NCBI GenBank assembly: GCA_963698225.1 | Contig: CAVOPW010000022.1 | Span: 26,244 to 90,243, forward strand | Direction: 5' to 3' | Source of the DNA: an uncultured bacterium | GTDB taxonomy: Bacteria; Zixibacteria; MSB-5A5; CAIYYT01 | Length of the DNA stretch: 64,000 nt | Shown: piece after piece, positions 30,596 to 41,543 of the stretch | Numbering within the stretch: the stretch's first letter is position 1 | How the letters are laid out: each line of letters opens with the position of its first letter | Notes under the pieces: model-generated | The model's database searches: none | Told to the model about the DNA's origin: nothing | Seen by the model: only the letters and a program-made list of their open reading frames with translations | Made by a program: the position numbers and the translations under genes

Positions 30596-30765
30596 CACTT
30601 TAGTCGGTACCAACCGGGATCGCCCCAGCAGAATGTCATGTGGTCCAGACCAGGGCCTCCGGAGGGTTCGGTTTTCCGGCAACATTTACTACATCGGCTG
30701 TTTCAATGCCATTCGTCAGTTTTGACTGGACGTTTCCGCATTCGCTACGTACTCTAACCACCTGA

Positions 30766-32367
30766 ATGAATAAGAGTTTCCTGAAATTCGTTATTTGTGC
30801 GTTTTGCACAGTGATTTTCGCCGGCTGTTCACGAAACGACTCCGAAGTGTCGCAAAGTGAATGGGAGAAATTGATCGCGATCCGGGGCGAGGCTCGCGAG
30901 TATTGCCGGAGCACGATGATAGCGAGCTTCAATCACGACTTGCGGACTGATTCGACTACTGCTGATTCTGTCAATGATCATACGAGTGAGGATCTGGTGG
31001 ACGAGTTGACCAGCGGGGATAATCTCCGGCTGCTGCAGAAGATTGAGGACAGCTATCCGCCTGATTCGGAAGACGAGCGAAAAGTGCGGCGGCTGCGCCA
31101 CTATCTGATAAGCGCAATCTTGAAGAGAGACACACAAGATGTCGAGCATTACTTGACGGAAATGCGGACCCAAGGCACGGCCCAGTTGGGTGACAAATCC
31201 CTCGGCCTTGATGAACTACAGCAAGTGATGGCGACCGAGGCTGACCGCGACTTGAGACAACAAGCGTACTATGCCTGGATTCCAGAGTTACAGAAGGAGA
31301 ATGCAGTCATTGAGGAAAGAACCAGGATCGAAGACTCGACGGCACTCGACCTTGGATACGGAGACTTGGCGGCAATTTGCCAGGAGCGCCAGCAGCTTGA
31401 CTACGCGTTACTGAGTGAGCAAGCGCGCAGCACGATTCAACGCACCGACAGTCTCTTTCGAGAACTGGCAGAGGAAGTGGTTCCGAAGTTGTCGGGCCTG
31501 AAGGTTGACATGTTGCGGGGTTATGACGTGGCGTTTCTTCTGGAGACTTCGCCGTATGACCGGTATTTCCGCAAGGCCAATCAGTTGGAACGCTGCGAAG
31601 CGGTCTTGGCGCAAATGGGACTTACTTTCGGCAATTCACCGAGGCCGCTGTTTGTGCGGCAATCCGGCCGATCAATATCGCGGCCCGCGACTTATCCGGT
31701 TACGATTCCTGATGACATCCGAGTCGTATTACCGTCTGATTCGGGACATTGGGCGACGTCGGCGTTGCTGCACGAATTTGGCCATGCCTTGCACTGGCTC
31801 AATACGGAGGAGCGCGAATTCGAGTTTACGCAGCTGGGGGCAGGCGCATTGCAGGAGGCGTACGCGTTTCTGATCGAGGGGCTACTTGATGAACCGGACA
31901 TAGTCGCGAAGGCTTTCGGAATCCCGCACAGCGAAGTCGGGGAGTTCCTGCGCCAGCGGGCATATGTGCAGCTATTGGCGACACGTTCCTATTGCAGCGA
32001 CTTGCTGTTCGAGCAGAGGGTCTATGGCGGTGCAGCAGACCTGCGAAGTGTCTACGAAGAGATCAAGCGGCCGCTCGGCGCTCATGGCTGGAGTGAAGTC
32101 GATCGAGAGATGTTGTACCGACGCCTTGATGGATTTGCGTCCGCGGAATACTTGACCGGCTGGTTCCTGGCGGCTCAGCTGCGGGAGCGGTTGCGCGCGG
32201 AATTTGGCGACCGCTGGTTTGCCTCGAGCGCCGCCGGGGATTTTCTCAAGGAACTGTGGAAATACGGCACGCGCAAGTCGGAGCTGGAAATTGCCGTCAT
32301 GCTGGGTGACAGCACAATTTCTCCCGACTCGATGATCCGGCATCTGACTTCGTTATCCTCGCAATAA
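30766..32367 (+). CDS. Gluzincin (M3/M32-like) metallopeptidase lipoprotein
   Basis: Lipobox FAG-C; LLHEFGHALH plus downstream QEAYA third ligand. Confidence 0.75.
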   Translation: MNKSFLKFVICAFCTVIFAGCSRNDSEVSQSEWEKLIAIRGEAREYCRSTMIASFNHDLRTDSTTADSVNDHTSEDLVDELTSGDNLRLLQKIEDSYPPDSEDERKVRRLRHYLISAILKRDTQDVEHYLTEMRTQGTAQLGDKSLGLDELQQVMATEADRDLRQQAYYAWIPELQKENAVIEERTRIEDSTALDLGYGDLAAICQERQQLDYALLSEQARSTIQRTDSLFRELAEEVVPKLSGLKVDMLRGYDVAFLLETSPYDRYFRKANQLERCEAVLAQMGLTFGNSPRPLFVRQSGRSISRPATYPVTIPDDIRVVLPSDSGHWATSALLHEFGHALHWLNTEEREFEFTQLGAGALQEAYAFLIEGLLDEPDIVAKAFGIPHSEVGEFLRQRAYVQLLATRSYCSDLLFEQRVYGGAADLRSVYEEIKRPLGAHGWSEVDREMLYRRLDGFASAEYLTGWFLAAQLRERLRAEFGDRWFASSAAGDFLKELWKYGTRKSELEIAVMLGDSTISPDSMIRHLTSLSSQ

Positions 32368-32515
32368 TCCACTTCACACTTATCCGATCCGATTAGAATC
32401 TTCCATTCCGACCGGAATACTTTTCCGCGTTGCGCTCATCACGGCCTCTGAACCGAATTTTGCTATTGCCGGGAAGCTGATGCCGGCAAGCAACTTAGAA
32501 GCTTGGCTGTGATGT

Positions 32516-32531
32516 TGGCATTACTCTTGCA
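32516..32531 (+). promoter_or_regulatory. sigma54 promoter of the flagellar operon
   Basis: TGGCAT-TACTC-TTGCA 50 nt upstream of ATG 32581. Confidence 0.8.
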
Positions 32532-32580
32532 GAGCAGTTTCACGGCAAGAAGGCGCAATACGCCATTTGGAGGATTAGTA

Positions 32581-33252
32581 ATGGCCGAAAAAGAAATCGA
32601 ACAGCAACCGCAAGGCGCGTCGCCCAAGGCAAAAGCGGGCGGAAAATCTCATTTCATGCTGATAGCCGTCGGCGCGACTGTGTTCTTGGCGGCAGTCGTT
32701 ATCTTCTCGCTCCAACTTGGCGTCTTCAGTTCAACCAATGTCAAGCCGGGGGTCGAGGCAGCAGACAAGCAGGCCCAGCCGGTTGATTCTACGGAGCAAG
32801 AAGATCAGAAAGATGAAGAGACAGTTGATCCATACCAGGCTTTGTTTGACGGTTACGACGGCGGGGAAGAGGATCTCCCGATGAGCGATACCGCAATTGT
32901 CCGCGACTCGATTGAAAAGAGCACCTGGTTCGTGGAACAAAGTCAGGAGATCGACCGCAAGAGGGCGGAGCTGGAGCTGGAGAAGACGCAACTCAATCAG
33001 CTCAGGAGTCAAGTGGAAGCGCTGCTGGATCGCAAGAAGGCAATGGAAGAGGGCAACATTACGCAGATGGCAAAGCTCTATGAAGGAATGAACACTGAAG
33101 AACTGGTGCCGATTCTGGCCAACCTCAGCGATGCACAGGTCGGCGTGATGATCAGCAAGATGAAGAAACAAAAAGCTTCGGAAGTACTCGGCAAGATGGC
33201 TCCGGAACGGGCAGCCAAAATTACGCAGTACATTATTTCGATGAATGACTAG
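32581..33252 (+). CDS. MotE-like/MgtE_N-domain flagellar protein
   Basis: N-terminal TM, coiled coil, MAKLYEGM..(K)ASEVLGKMAPERAAKIT; heads the fliK operon. Confidence 0.75.
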   Translation: MAEKEIEQQPQGASPKAKAGGKSHFMLIAVGATVFLAAVVIFSLQLGVFSSTNVKPGVEAADKQAQPVDSTEQEDQKDEETVDPYQALFDGYDGGEEDLPMSDTAIVRDSIEKSTWFVEQSQEIDRKRAELELEKTQLNQLRSQVEALLDRKKAMEEGNITQMAKLYEGMNTEELVPILANLSDAQVGVMISKMKKQKASEVLGKMAPERAAKITQYIISMND

Positions 33253-33258
33253 AAGCAG

Positions 33259-34892
33259 ATGATGAATCCGATACTTGACATATTCGCGGCAGCACAAAGT
33301 GGCGCATCACCGACTCCGGTCGGGATAGCAACTAACGGCCCATCCTCCGGGGATGGCCTGTTTGCGCAGTTGCTTGCCGATGTGGCTGCCGGGGCTCCCC
33401 AATCGGCGGCGTTACCGATTCCCATCCTCGCAGGCATGGGATTGTCGGGTGCGGAAATTTCGATTTCACCGGATAATCTGGCGGAGCTGGCAGCGGTATC
33501 GAGTAAAGAAGGAGCTGTCGGCGAAATTCTGATTCAGGAATTGATTGAGAATAAGATTGGAACGACGATGAGCGGCGCAGCTTCAGTTGTTCCCCAACCG
33601 CAAGTTGGTTCAGATATCATCGACGGCGAGGGCGAATCAACTGCCATTGGCACAATTGTACCTCGTGAGCCAGGCATCGCGTCGTTGAGTCAGTTAATCG
33701 GGAATGGGATACCGCAAGTTCAGGAATCACGACTTAAGAGTCTTATTGAAGCCGAGTTATCTTCGCTCACCGGCACAAAAGCGAACGGCGCAAGAATCAA
33801 CGCCACAGTGGTTGTCCTTGAGGATGCAGCAAAAGCCCTTGCGGATGCCCCGGCCGAAGCAGAATTGGCAGGTTCGTCGGTGCCAAAGGGCGAGGCCCTG
33901 CCTTTAGAACAGAAGTCGATGAGCAAATTGACAGACGGGATATCGAGCTCACTGAAGGGTAACTTGCGCCGGGCCTTCCCGAGCCTGAATATCGCGAGTC
34001 GGCGTCGGGCAAAGCCGATGTGCAATTGAAGCTGACAGACACAACTCTGAGGCGCAGGTCAAGGCCGAGATTCCGACAACCAACCAATCACTTTTATCAA
34101 CTAATGGACTGCCGATTGCGGCAGCGCCGCAGATCGCGACAGCGGTTCTCGCTGCCGGACATGCGACTGCGTCAATTCGGCTCTGCACACCAGGCACGGG
34201 TTGCTGGCAAGACATCAGGTCCGAGCACCGCCAAATCATCGGTTGAAGGCAAAGCGCCGGTCCGGTTGGAAGGCCGGGTCGCAATGCGCAAGCCGGTGCA
34301 AATGGCGTTGAAGTCACAGGGATTTGACATCGAGAAGCTGATGAGTTCCGACGGCGGCACCAAGGATCTTCTGGCAGAGAATATCGCCATCGATAAGACA
34401 GACTTCAAGGTTACGGTTGACAAGCAAGTGCAACAAGCGACAGAGAAAAGCATCGAGCTTAACGGCGCCGAGCGATTCAAATTAGAGATCAAGCGCGGAC
34501 ACATCGAAGCGCTGCTGAAGAGGGGCGAAATCAAACTTCAGCTGCAACCCGAGCATCTGGGTAATCTCAAGATCAGGCTGATGACGACTCCGACCGAAGT
34601 CAATGCACGGCTGGAAACTTCCAGCGAGGACGCCAAGCGTGCCGTCGAGCTTTCGCTGCCGCAATTGCGCGAGAGTTTCGAGCGGGCGGGCCTCAAGTTG
34701 AACAGCATTGAGGTTTCGGTCAACGATGACAGCGATTCGCGCCGTCAACACGCATTTCAGCAAGGGTGGCGCGGGCGCGAGGGCGGAATGCGCACGTCGT
34801 CCGGCCAGTTCGTCATTGACGTTCCGGCAACCGCCGAGATATCACAGAACTTGTACACCGCTTATGGCGGTGCACTAAACCTGGTGGCATGA
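33259..34892 (+). CDS. fliK: Flagellar hook-length control protein (several frameshifts about 33990-34300)
   Basis: Low-complexity N-terminus; C-terminal LQLQPEHLGNLKI..LPQLRESF..GL; precedes flgD. Confidence 0.8.
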
Positions 34893-34899
34893 GGACAAG

Positions 34900-35577
34900 A
34901 TGGAACCACAGTCTATCAGCTCGATACTAGCGCCGCAGGCCGCCGAAGCGGCGAAGAAGGCCAACGACGCTCTCGGCAAAGATGATTTTCTGAAGATGCT
35001 GACGGCACAGATGCGGTATCAGAATCCGCTGGAGCCGATGAAGGATCAAGAATTCATCGGACAAATGACGCAGTTCTCCTCGCTGGAACAGCTGCAGAAC
35101 CTCAATGAGACGATGTCGACGAGTTCGCAGTGGAACATGTTATTGTCGCAGACGATCAACAACACCATGGCGACATCGCTGATCGGCAAGACGGTGACTG
35201 CAGACGCCAGCGTCACGGCAGTCAACAGCGAAAACGCGTCGCCGATCAATTTCAGGTCCGCCGGCTTTGCACTCTCCGGAGTATTGAGCGTTTACGACGC
35301 TGAAGGAAAAATTGTGCGCACAATCACATTGTCGCAGCTGCAAGCCGGTGAGCACAGCATTTCGTGGAATGGTAAAGACAACAACGGCAACGCTCTGCCG
35401 GCAGGAAACTATGGCTATTCGGTTGATCTGCGCGATCCGCAGGGGAATGCCGTCAGCGCGGCCGGATTCAATAAGGGACTGGTAACCGGCGTGGACTACA
35501 TCGACGGTCAGGCTTATCTGCTGATCGCAGGCGGGATGATTCCGCTGGCCAGTGTCCGCAGTGTGAGCGGAGGCTAA
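34900..35577 (+). CDS. flgD: Flagellar hook capping protein
   Basis: LGKDDFLKMLTAQMRYQNPLEPM, QFSSLEQ, WNGKD. Confidence 0.95.
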   Translation: MEPQSISSILAPQAAEAAKKANDALGKDDFLKMLTAQMRYQNPLEPMKDQEFIGQMTQFSSLEQLQNLNETMSTSSQWNMLLSQTINNTMATSLIGKTVTADASVTAVNSENASPINFRSAGFALSGVLSVYDAEGKIVRTITLSQLQAGEHSISWNGKDNNGNALPAGNYGYSVDLRDPQGNAVSAAGFNKGLVTGVDYIDGQAYLLIAGGMIPLASVRSVSGG

Positions 35578-35579
35578 AG

Positions 35580-35936
35580 ATGGCGATGAATCTGATCAAT
35601 CAACTGCCGGGAGTCGGATCGGTTAATTCCGAGCCGAAGTCAAATGGCAAGGCGCGAGGTTCACGCGAGGGAGCGGCCAGCGATGGTCTGACATTTTCCA
35701 AACATCTCAACGATCGCATCAATCGGCGTCATCTGGAGATGGGGCCGGAGCGGTTGGCGCGTTTGACGGATGCGGTTGATCGGGCATCGGACAAGGGTGC
35801 GCGCGATTCGGTAGTACTGCTGGACAATCTGGCGCTGCTGGTGAATGTCCCCAGCCGCACGGTTGTGACGGCAATGGAAACAGAAAAAATGAAGCACGGT
35901 GTTTTCACCAACATCGATGCGGTGGTAGTTGGATAA
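35580..35936 (+). CDS. Flagellar operon protein (TIGR02530-like)
   Basis: FSKH...R...R, KGARDSVVL, RTVVTAM, VFTNIDAVV; lies between flgD and flgE. Confidence 0.85.
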   Translation: MAMNLINQLPGVGSVNSEPKSNGKARGSREGAASDGLTFSKHLNDRINRRHLEMGPERLARLTDAVDRASDKGARDSVVLLDNLALLVNVPSRTVVTAMETEKMKHGVFTNIDAVVVG

Positions 35937-35999
35937 GTAAACAAAGAACCACAGGCCGGACCTCCATAGAGGAAGCCTGATTTCGGAGGTAAAGGATAT

Positions 36000-37917
36000 A
36001 TGTTAGCATCACTATTCGCAGGTGTCGCAGGACTCAGGAACCATCAGGTTCGCATGAACGTCATCGGCAACAACATTTCGAACATCAATACGGTCGGTTT
36101 CAAATCGGGCCGTTCGGTGTTCCAGGAGGCTCTGGTTCAGACCTTGCGCGGCGCGGGTCGTCCATCGTCGGTGTCGGGTGGTTCGAACCCGATTCAATTG
36201 GGACTGGGAATGAATGTCGCTTCGATCGATAACCTGTTCACACAAGGCGGCCTGGAATTGACCGGACAGATTTCCGATCTGGCGATTCAGGGCAATGGTT
36301 TCTTCATCTTATCAGACGGTACTCAGAAATTCTATACTCGCGCGGGAGCGTTCGGGTTTGATGCGAACAGCTATCTCGTAAATCCGTCAAATGGACTTTA
36401 TGTCCAGGGCAAGATGGCGGACCCGTCCGGCCAGATTCCCTCGACCTCGACCGTTGGAAGTATTCAACTTCCGTTCGGGCAGCAGGATCCGGCCAAGGTT
36501 ACGACGCGCGTTTCATATGGCAATAACCTTGATGCTTCAGCTACCCGCTCGGAGGCGTCACTCACCGACAGCGTCGCATCGACTAACGGAATTACGCTCG
36601 TATCGGGTGTTGCGCGCGACGGTGCCGGGGGTTCACATGCCATAACCATTACCGGAGCAAACGCGACATTTGCCACTGGACTCGGAAACAACATACCCAA
36701 CGCTGTACTTACCGGAAACGAGACGCTGGGGTCGCTGGGAGTCACTTCGGCGACGTTGACGCTAAGCGTTGACGGCGGATCACCGATTACGATTACCGGG
36801 CTGACCACGACCTCGACAATCAATGAACTGGTCAATTCGATTGATATCATTGACGGTATTGACGCTCACATAGATTCCGGCGAGATTCGCATTGAACGGA
36901 CGAAAGCCGGAGCGTCGTACACGGTAGCAACCAACGCCGCCACTTTGGGCGACGTCGCCAACCGCATCTTCGGGGCGGCGGTTGCCGCGACGTTTGCAGC
37001 GAACAACGGCACCGACCACAATTTGGTCGCGACCGATGTGTTTACCCCGTCAGTCGGCGGCACTCCGGTGTCCTCGATTCTCGGGATAACCACGAGCCAG
37101 ACCACCGGTTTGGCAACGGGAGTTACCGGTTTGGGCGGAGGCGGTGTAACTGTTGGTTCGGCCGATTCGGGCCTGACGGCAGGAACGGCTTCGATAACCA
37201 CGAAGGACACAGCCAAGGCAACATCCTTGACGGTGTTTGATTCGTCTGGGCGGAACCCACACGCTGATGACGAACTTCATCAAATCGCATGAACCGAACA
37301 AGTGGTATTGGGCATCATCATTACAGGGTGGCGAAGTTATTTCCGCCGGCGGATCGGGCACAGTCGAGTTCAATTCCAACGGATCGCTGTTGAGATGGGG
37401 TTTTGACGGCGGCGCCGACAGACTGATTTTCGATCCGAATAACGGCGCGCAGCTTGCAGAGATTGACTTGTTTGCAGGCACATCCGGCCAATATGACGGC
37501 TTAACCGGGTTTTCCGGTGTCGAGACCGTTGCGGCGATTAATCAAGACGGTTATGGCATGGGCATTCTGGACAAGATTTCCATCGACCCGACGGGACTGA
37601 TTATCGGCATTTTCACCAACGGCGTTTCGAGAAACCTCGCTCAGATTACCCTGGCAGACTTCAACAACGAAGCCGGCTTGTTGAAATCGGGCGAGTCACT
37701 GTTCCAGACTTCAGCCAACTCCGGTGAAGGTATCGAAGGAGTGGCGGGTGAGACGGTGTCAGCGACGATTTCCTCCGGCGCTTTGGAATCGGCCAACGTC
37801 GATTTGGCGCAGGAATTCACGAACATGATTATCGCCCAGCGTGGTTTCCAGTCGAATGCCCGAGTGATCACGACATCCGACAACATGCTCGACGATCTGG
37901 TCAACCTGAAGAGATAA
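36000..37917 (+). CDS. flgE: Flagellar hook protein, long form (frameshift near 37245)
   Basis: GNNISNINTVGFK, DLAIQGNGFF, YTRAGAF; LESANVDLAQEFTNMIIAQRGFQSNARVI. Confidence 0.93.
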
Positions 37918-37933
37918 TGAGTTGAGGCATACA

Positions 37934-38146
37934 ATGATCAAGGTCACACGATTGAATGGAACCGCTATTGTCATCAATGCCGATCTCATCGAATTTGTTG
38001 AAGAGATCCCGGATACGATCGTCAGTTTGACGACGGGCAAGAAGATAATGGTGAAAGATAACTCGGAAGAGATCATCGACAAGGTAACCCGATACAAGCG
38101 ATCGACACTGGTGGGATTCCAGTCAGTGCCGATTCGGGAAGCATAG
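37934..38146 (+). CDS. flbD: Flagellar FlbD/SwrD family protein
   Basis: MIKVTRLNG..INADLIEFVEEIPDTIVSLTTGKK. Confidence 0.9.
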   Translation: MIKVTRLNGTAIVINADLIEFVEEIPDTIVSLTTGKKIMVKDNSEEIIDKVTRYKRSTLVGFQSVPIREA

Positions 38147-38156
38147 GACGCGGATT

Positions 38157-38759
38157 ATGCCGGATATCAAAGAGAAAACCGAGGCTGCCGAGCAGCCGGC
38201 CGCCGCCAAGAAGAGCTTACTGCCTCCCAGTCTGGCAGCGACTCTGACGAAGGTGGCGATCTTCGGAGTCATCGGGCTGGTGGCTGTGTCTGCGGCATAT
38301 CTGCTTACCCTTAAAGTTCTCAAGCCGATGATGGCGAGCGATGCACCGACTGAGCAGCAGGCTGAGCCGGCAAAGGCGGAACCGGTCAAGGAAGAGAAGC
38401 ATGAAGAGGCTCCATCCGGCCACGGTAGTGGTGATGGTGGTGGAGAGCATGCCGGCTCGAACCAGTTCTTCACGGTCGAGAGTATCGTTGTCAACCCGGC
38501 GGAGACGCAGGGTACGCGGTATCTTTCGTGCAGCGTGAGTTTTGAAGTTGCATCGCCGGAAGACCTGAAGGCATTCGAGGAAAAGGCCGTCAAGATCAAG
38601 GACCTGCTGATAACGATCCTGTCGTCGAAGACGGTTGACCAGCTGGCGGACATCAAGGTCCGCAACGATATGCGCCGCCAGATTCTGGCCGTGGTGAATC
38701 GATTCACGACGCCGGCGCAGGCGACAGCGGTGTATTTGACCGACTTTGTATTACAGTAA
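38157..38759 (+). CDS. fliL: Flagellar basal body-associated protein
   Basis: Single TM; IVVNPA..RYL; IKD..ITILSSKT; VYLTDFVLQ. Confidence 0.92.
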   Translation: MPDIKEKTEAAEQPAAAKKSLLPPSLAATLTKVAIFGVIGLVAVSAAYLLTLKVLKPMMASDAPTEQQAEPAKAEPVKEEKHEEAPSGHGSGDGGGEHAGSNQFFTVESIVVNPAETQGTRYLSCSVSFEVASPEDLKAFEEKAVKIKDLLITILSSKTVDQLADIKVRNDMRRQILAVVNRFTTPAQATAVYLTDFVLQ

Positions 38760-38782
38760 AGCAGCGAGAAGGCAGTAGCGAA

Positions 38783-39763
38783 GTGGCGAAAATTCTATCA
38801 CAAGACGAAATTGATGCCCTGTTATCGACGGTGTCGACCTCGGAGGAGGTTGATCCGAAGGTGGCACGCCAGGACGATTCGATGCGTTCGATTGTCGCTT
38901 ACGACTTTAAGCACCCGAATCGCGTATCCAAGGATCAGATTCGCACACTGGAGAATCTTCACGACAATTTCGCCGGCCATCTGGGTTCCAGCCTTTCGGC
39001 CATTCAGCGAGCAATGGTGGACATTGAATTGGTCAGCGTTGACCAGATAACCTACTCCGAGCTGATCATGTCATTGGTGAACCCCTCCAATGTATTCAAC
39101 ATTACTCTGGAGCCGCTCGAAGGACGATGCCTGATCGACTTCAACCCGACACTGGCATTCTTGTTCATCGACCGCATGTTTGGCGGGGTCGGACGCATCA
39201 TGGAGACCGAGCGCGAATTGACCGGAATAGAGAAAGCGGTACTTACCAAGATTTCGCGAAACGTCTTCAAGGAACTCGAACGGACGTGGGCTTCGGTGGT
39301 CAAGATACAAATTCGCCAGCATTCATTCGAGACCAATCCGCAATTCGTGCAGATCGTGCCGCCGGGTGAGACCGTGATTGTGATCGGATTTCAGATCAAA
39401 ATGCTGGGTAATTCCGGGCTGTTAACGATCTGCTACCCCTATGTCACGCTCGAGCCGATCATGAAGGATCTGGTTGGGAACACCTGGGCGGACCAGTCGA
39501 AGAAGGGCGACATCGAGCAGAATCGTCTTCTTAATGCGACGAACCTGCAAGATGTCACGGCGGAAGTGACGGCGCGCCTGGGCACGGCCACTTTAACAGT
39601 GCGCGACTTCATATCGCTGAAAGTCGGCGACGTCGTCCAACTGGATCAGCGGATTGAAGAACCCCTGGAAGTATATGTGCGTGGGAAAAAGAAGTTTTTT
39701 GCTCGCCCCGGAATTGTCGGACGGAAGGCAGGATTTCAGCTTACCGGCCGCGCCGAGGAATAG
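38783..39763 (+). CDS. fliM: Flagellar motor switch protein
   Basis: LSQDEIDALL CheY-binding peptide, YDFKHP, ETNPQF, SpoA C-terminus. Confidence 0.96.
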   Translation: MAKILSQDEIDALLSTVSTSEEVDPKVARQDDSMRSIVAYDFKHPNRVSKDQIRTLENLHDNFAGHLGSSLSAIQRAMVDIELVSVDQITYSELIMSLVNPSNVFNITLEPLEGRCLIDFNPTLAFLFIDRMFGGVGRIMETERELTGIEKAVLTKISRNVFKELERTWASVVKIQIRQHSFETNPQFVQIVPPGETVIVIGFQIKMLGNSGLLTICYPYVTLEPIMKDLVGNTWADQSKKGDIEQNRLLNATNLQDVTAEVTARLGTATLTVRDFISLKVGDVVQLDQRIEEPLEVYVRGKKKFFARPGIVGRKAGFQLTGRAEE

Positions 39764-39773
39764 GAGACCATAG

Positions 39774-40310
39774 ATGGCAGATGAGATCACACCGAACACG
39801 CCGCTGGAGGATGATTCGATTTTAGGCGGACCGCCGGCGGGCAGCGGCAGTGCCAACCGGGCGATGCCGCAATCGATACCGGCGGACCAGATGTCTTCGT
39901 CTTCAGCAGTTGACGATGAAGTCGAGCAGGCGATGCTGGCGGAGTTGGCGAATGCCGAAGCCGCGGAGGCGACTCGCATTGGTGGCAGCGGTTCGCCGAC
40001 GGTCCAGCCGGTCGCGTTTGACCGTTTCCAGCGGGCACAGCCGGCCGGCCAGCCGCAGAACATCGATATTTTATTGGACGTCAGACTTCCGGTTGCCATC
40101 GAGCTTGGCCGGACCGAAATGAGCATCCGCGACATATTGGAATTGGGCGCGGGCTCGGTTGTGGAATTGACCAAGCTTGCCGGCGAGCCGGTAGATTTAT
40201 TGGTAAACAACAAAATTGTAGCGAGAGGTGAAGTCGTCGTCGTTGACGAGAATTTTGGATTGCGGGTCACAAGTTTGATCTCGCCCGAAGACAGACTAAA
40301 GAGCTTGTAA
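39774..40310 (+). CDS. fliN: Flagellar motor switch protein
   Basis: NIDILLDV..IELGRT..GSVVEL.KLAGEPVD..ARGEVVVVDENFGLRV. Confidence 0.95.
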   Translation: MADEITPNTPLEDDSILGGPPAGSGSANRAMPQSIPADQMSSSSAVDDEVEQAMLAELANAEAAEATRIGGSGSPTVQPVAFDRFQRAQPAGQPQNIDILLDVRLPVAIELGRTEMSIRDILELGAGSVVELTKLAGEPVDLLVNNKIVARGEVVVVDENFGLRVTSLISPEDRLKSL

Positions 40311-40311
40311 C

Positions 40312-40782
40312 ATGAAATGGACGATATTCAGCATCGGATCGCTGATTCAGTTCTGCAGTGTCAAACTGTTTGCTCAGGAAGAGCAAGTCCCCGACTTCGC
40401 CAGTGAAATGGGCCCGACCCTGCTTCAGTTGGCCGGAGCGCTGCTACTGATCATCATCATCATCTACGCCTCGGTTTGGGTGATGAAGCGTTATTCTACA
40501 GGAAAGTCGCCGGTCGCCGGCGAGCTCATCAAGGTCGTTGAGAGACGACATCTCACGCCCAAGCAGGCGATATATGTGGTGAAGGTGGGCGAGAAACACG
40601 TACTCCTCGGCGCGACCGAAAACGGAATCAACAAGCTCTGCGATGTAGAAATCGCTCCGCCGCCGGCCGCCAAGATAGGCGAAGCTGCGCGCAACTCGAC
40701 CAAGTTCGGACAGTTTCTAAGACAAGCCAAAGAATCGCTGATGCCGCGCGCGGCGATCGAGCAAAAGGGAGTTGATGTATGA
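40312..40782 (+). CDS. fliO: Flagellar biosynthetic protein
   Basis: TM then IKVVERRHLTPKQAIYVVKVGEKHVLLGAT. Confidence 0.88.
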   Translation: MKWTIFSIGSLIQFCSVKLFAQEEQVPDFASEMGPTLLQLAGALLLIIIIIYASVWVMKRYSTGKSPVAGELIKVVERRHLTPKQAIYVVKVGEKHVLLGATENGINKLCDVEIAPPPAAKIGEAARNSTKFGQFLRQAKESLMPRAAIEQKGVDV

Positions 40783-41543
40783 GACTCTCCTGGCGCATCA
40801 TAGCGATCATCGTCTTTCTGCTGGCTATTGGCAGTGCGGAGATCATGGCGCAATCAGTCCCGCAGGTATCGATTTCGATCGGCGGACAGACGACTGACGG
40901 AAAGGGGCTGTCGACGACCCTGCAGATCGTGCTGTTGTTAACGGTACTGGCGTTGGCGCCGTCGATATTGGTGATGACGACCTCGTTTATTCGAATTGTG
41001 ATCGTGATGTCGTTCCTGCGGCAGGCGTTGGGAACAAACCAATTGCCGCCGTCGCAGTTAATTATGGGGATCTCGCTGGTGATGACGGTGTTTGTCATGA
41101 CACCGGTAGCGACGCAGATCAACAACAATGCGCTGCAACCGTATCTAAAGGGTGAAATCTCGCAGACGGAGTTTTTCGAAACAGGCGTCAAGCCGCTGCG
41201 TGAATTCATGCTGCGGCAGACACGTGAGAAGGACCTGGCCCTGTTTGTGAAGTACGCCGGGCTGGAGAAGCCGGCGACGCGTGATGACATTCCGACACAT
41301 GTCGTCGTTCCGGGTTTCATACTTTCGGAACTGCGGACCTCGTTCCAAATTGCATTCGTGATATTCATACCATTTCTGGTGATTGATATGGTTGTGGCAT
41401 CGGTTTTGATGTCGATGGGCATGATGATGCTGCCGCCCATTCTGGTGGCGCTACCGTTCAAAATACTGCTGTTCGTCATGGTTGACGGCTGGTATCTCAT
41501 CGTCAAATCACTGTTGGAAAGCTTCAAGATCGCGGGAGGATAA
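40779..41543 (+). CDS. fliP: Flagellar export gate protein
   Basis: TSFIRIVIV, ALGTNQLPP, MGMMMLPP, LPFKILLFVMVDGW. Confidence 0.97.
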   Translation: MRLSWRIIAIIVFLLAIGSAEIMAQSVPQVSISIGGQTTDGKGLSTTLQIVLLLTVLALAPSILVMTTSFIRIVIVMSFLRQALGTNQLPPSQLIMGISLVMTVFVMTPVATQINNNALQPYLKGEISQTEFFETGVKPLREFMLRQTREKDLALFVKYAGLEKPATRDDIPTHVVVPGFILSELRTSFQIAFVIFIPFLVIDMVVASVLMSMGMMMLPPILVALPFKILLFVMVDGWYLIVKSLLESFKIAGG

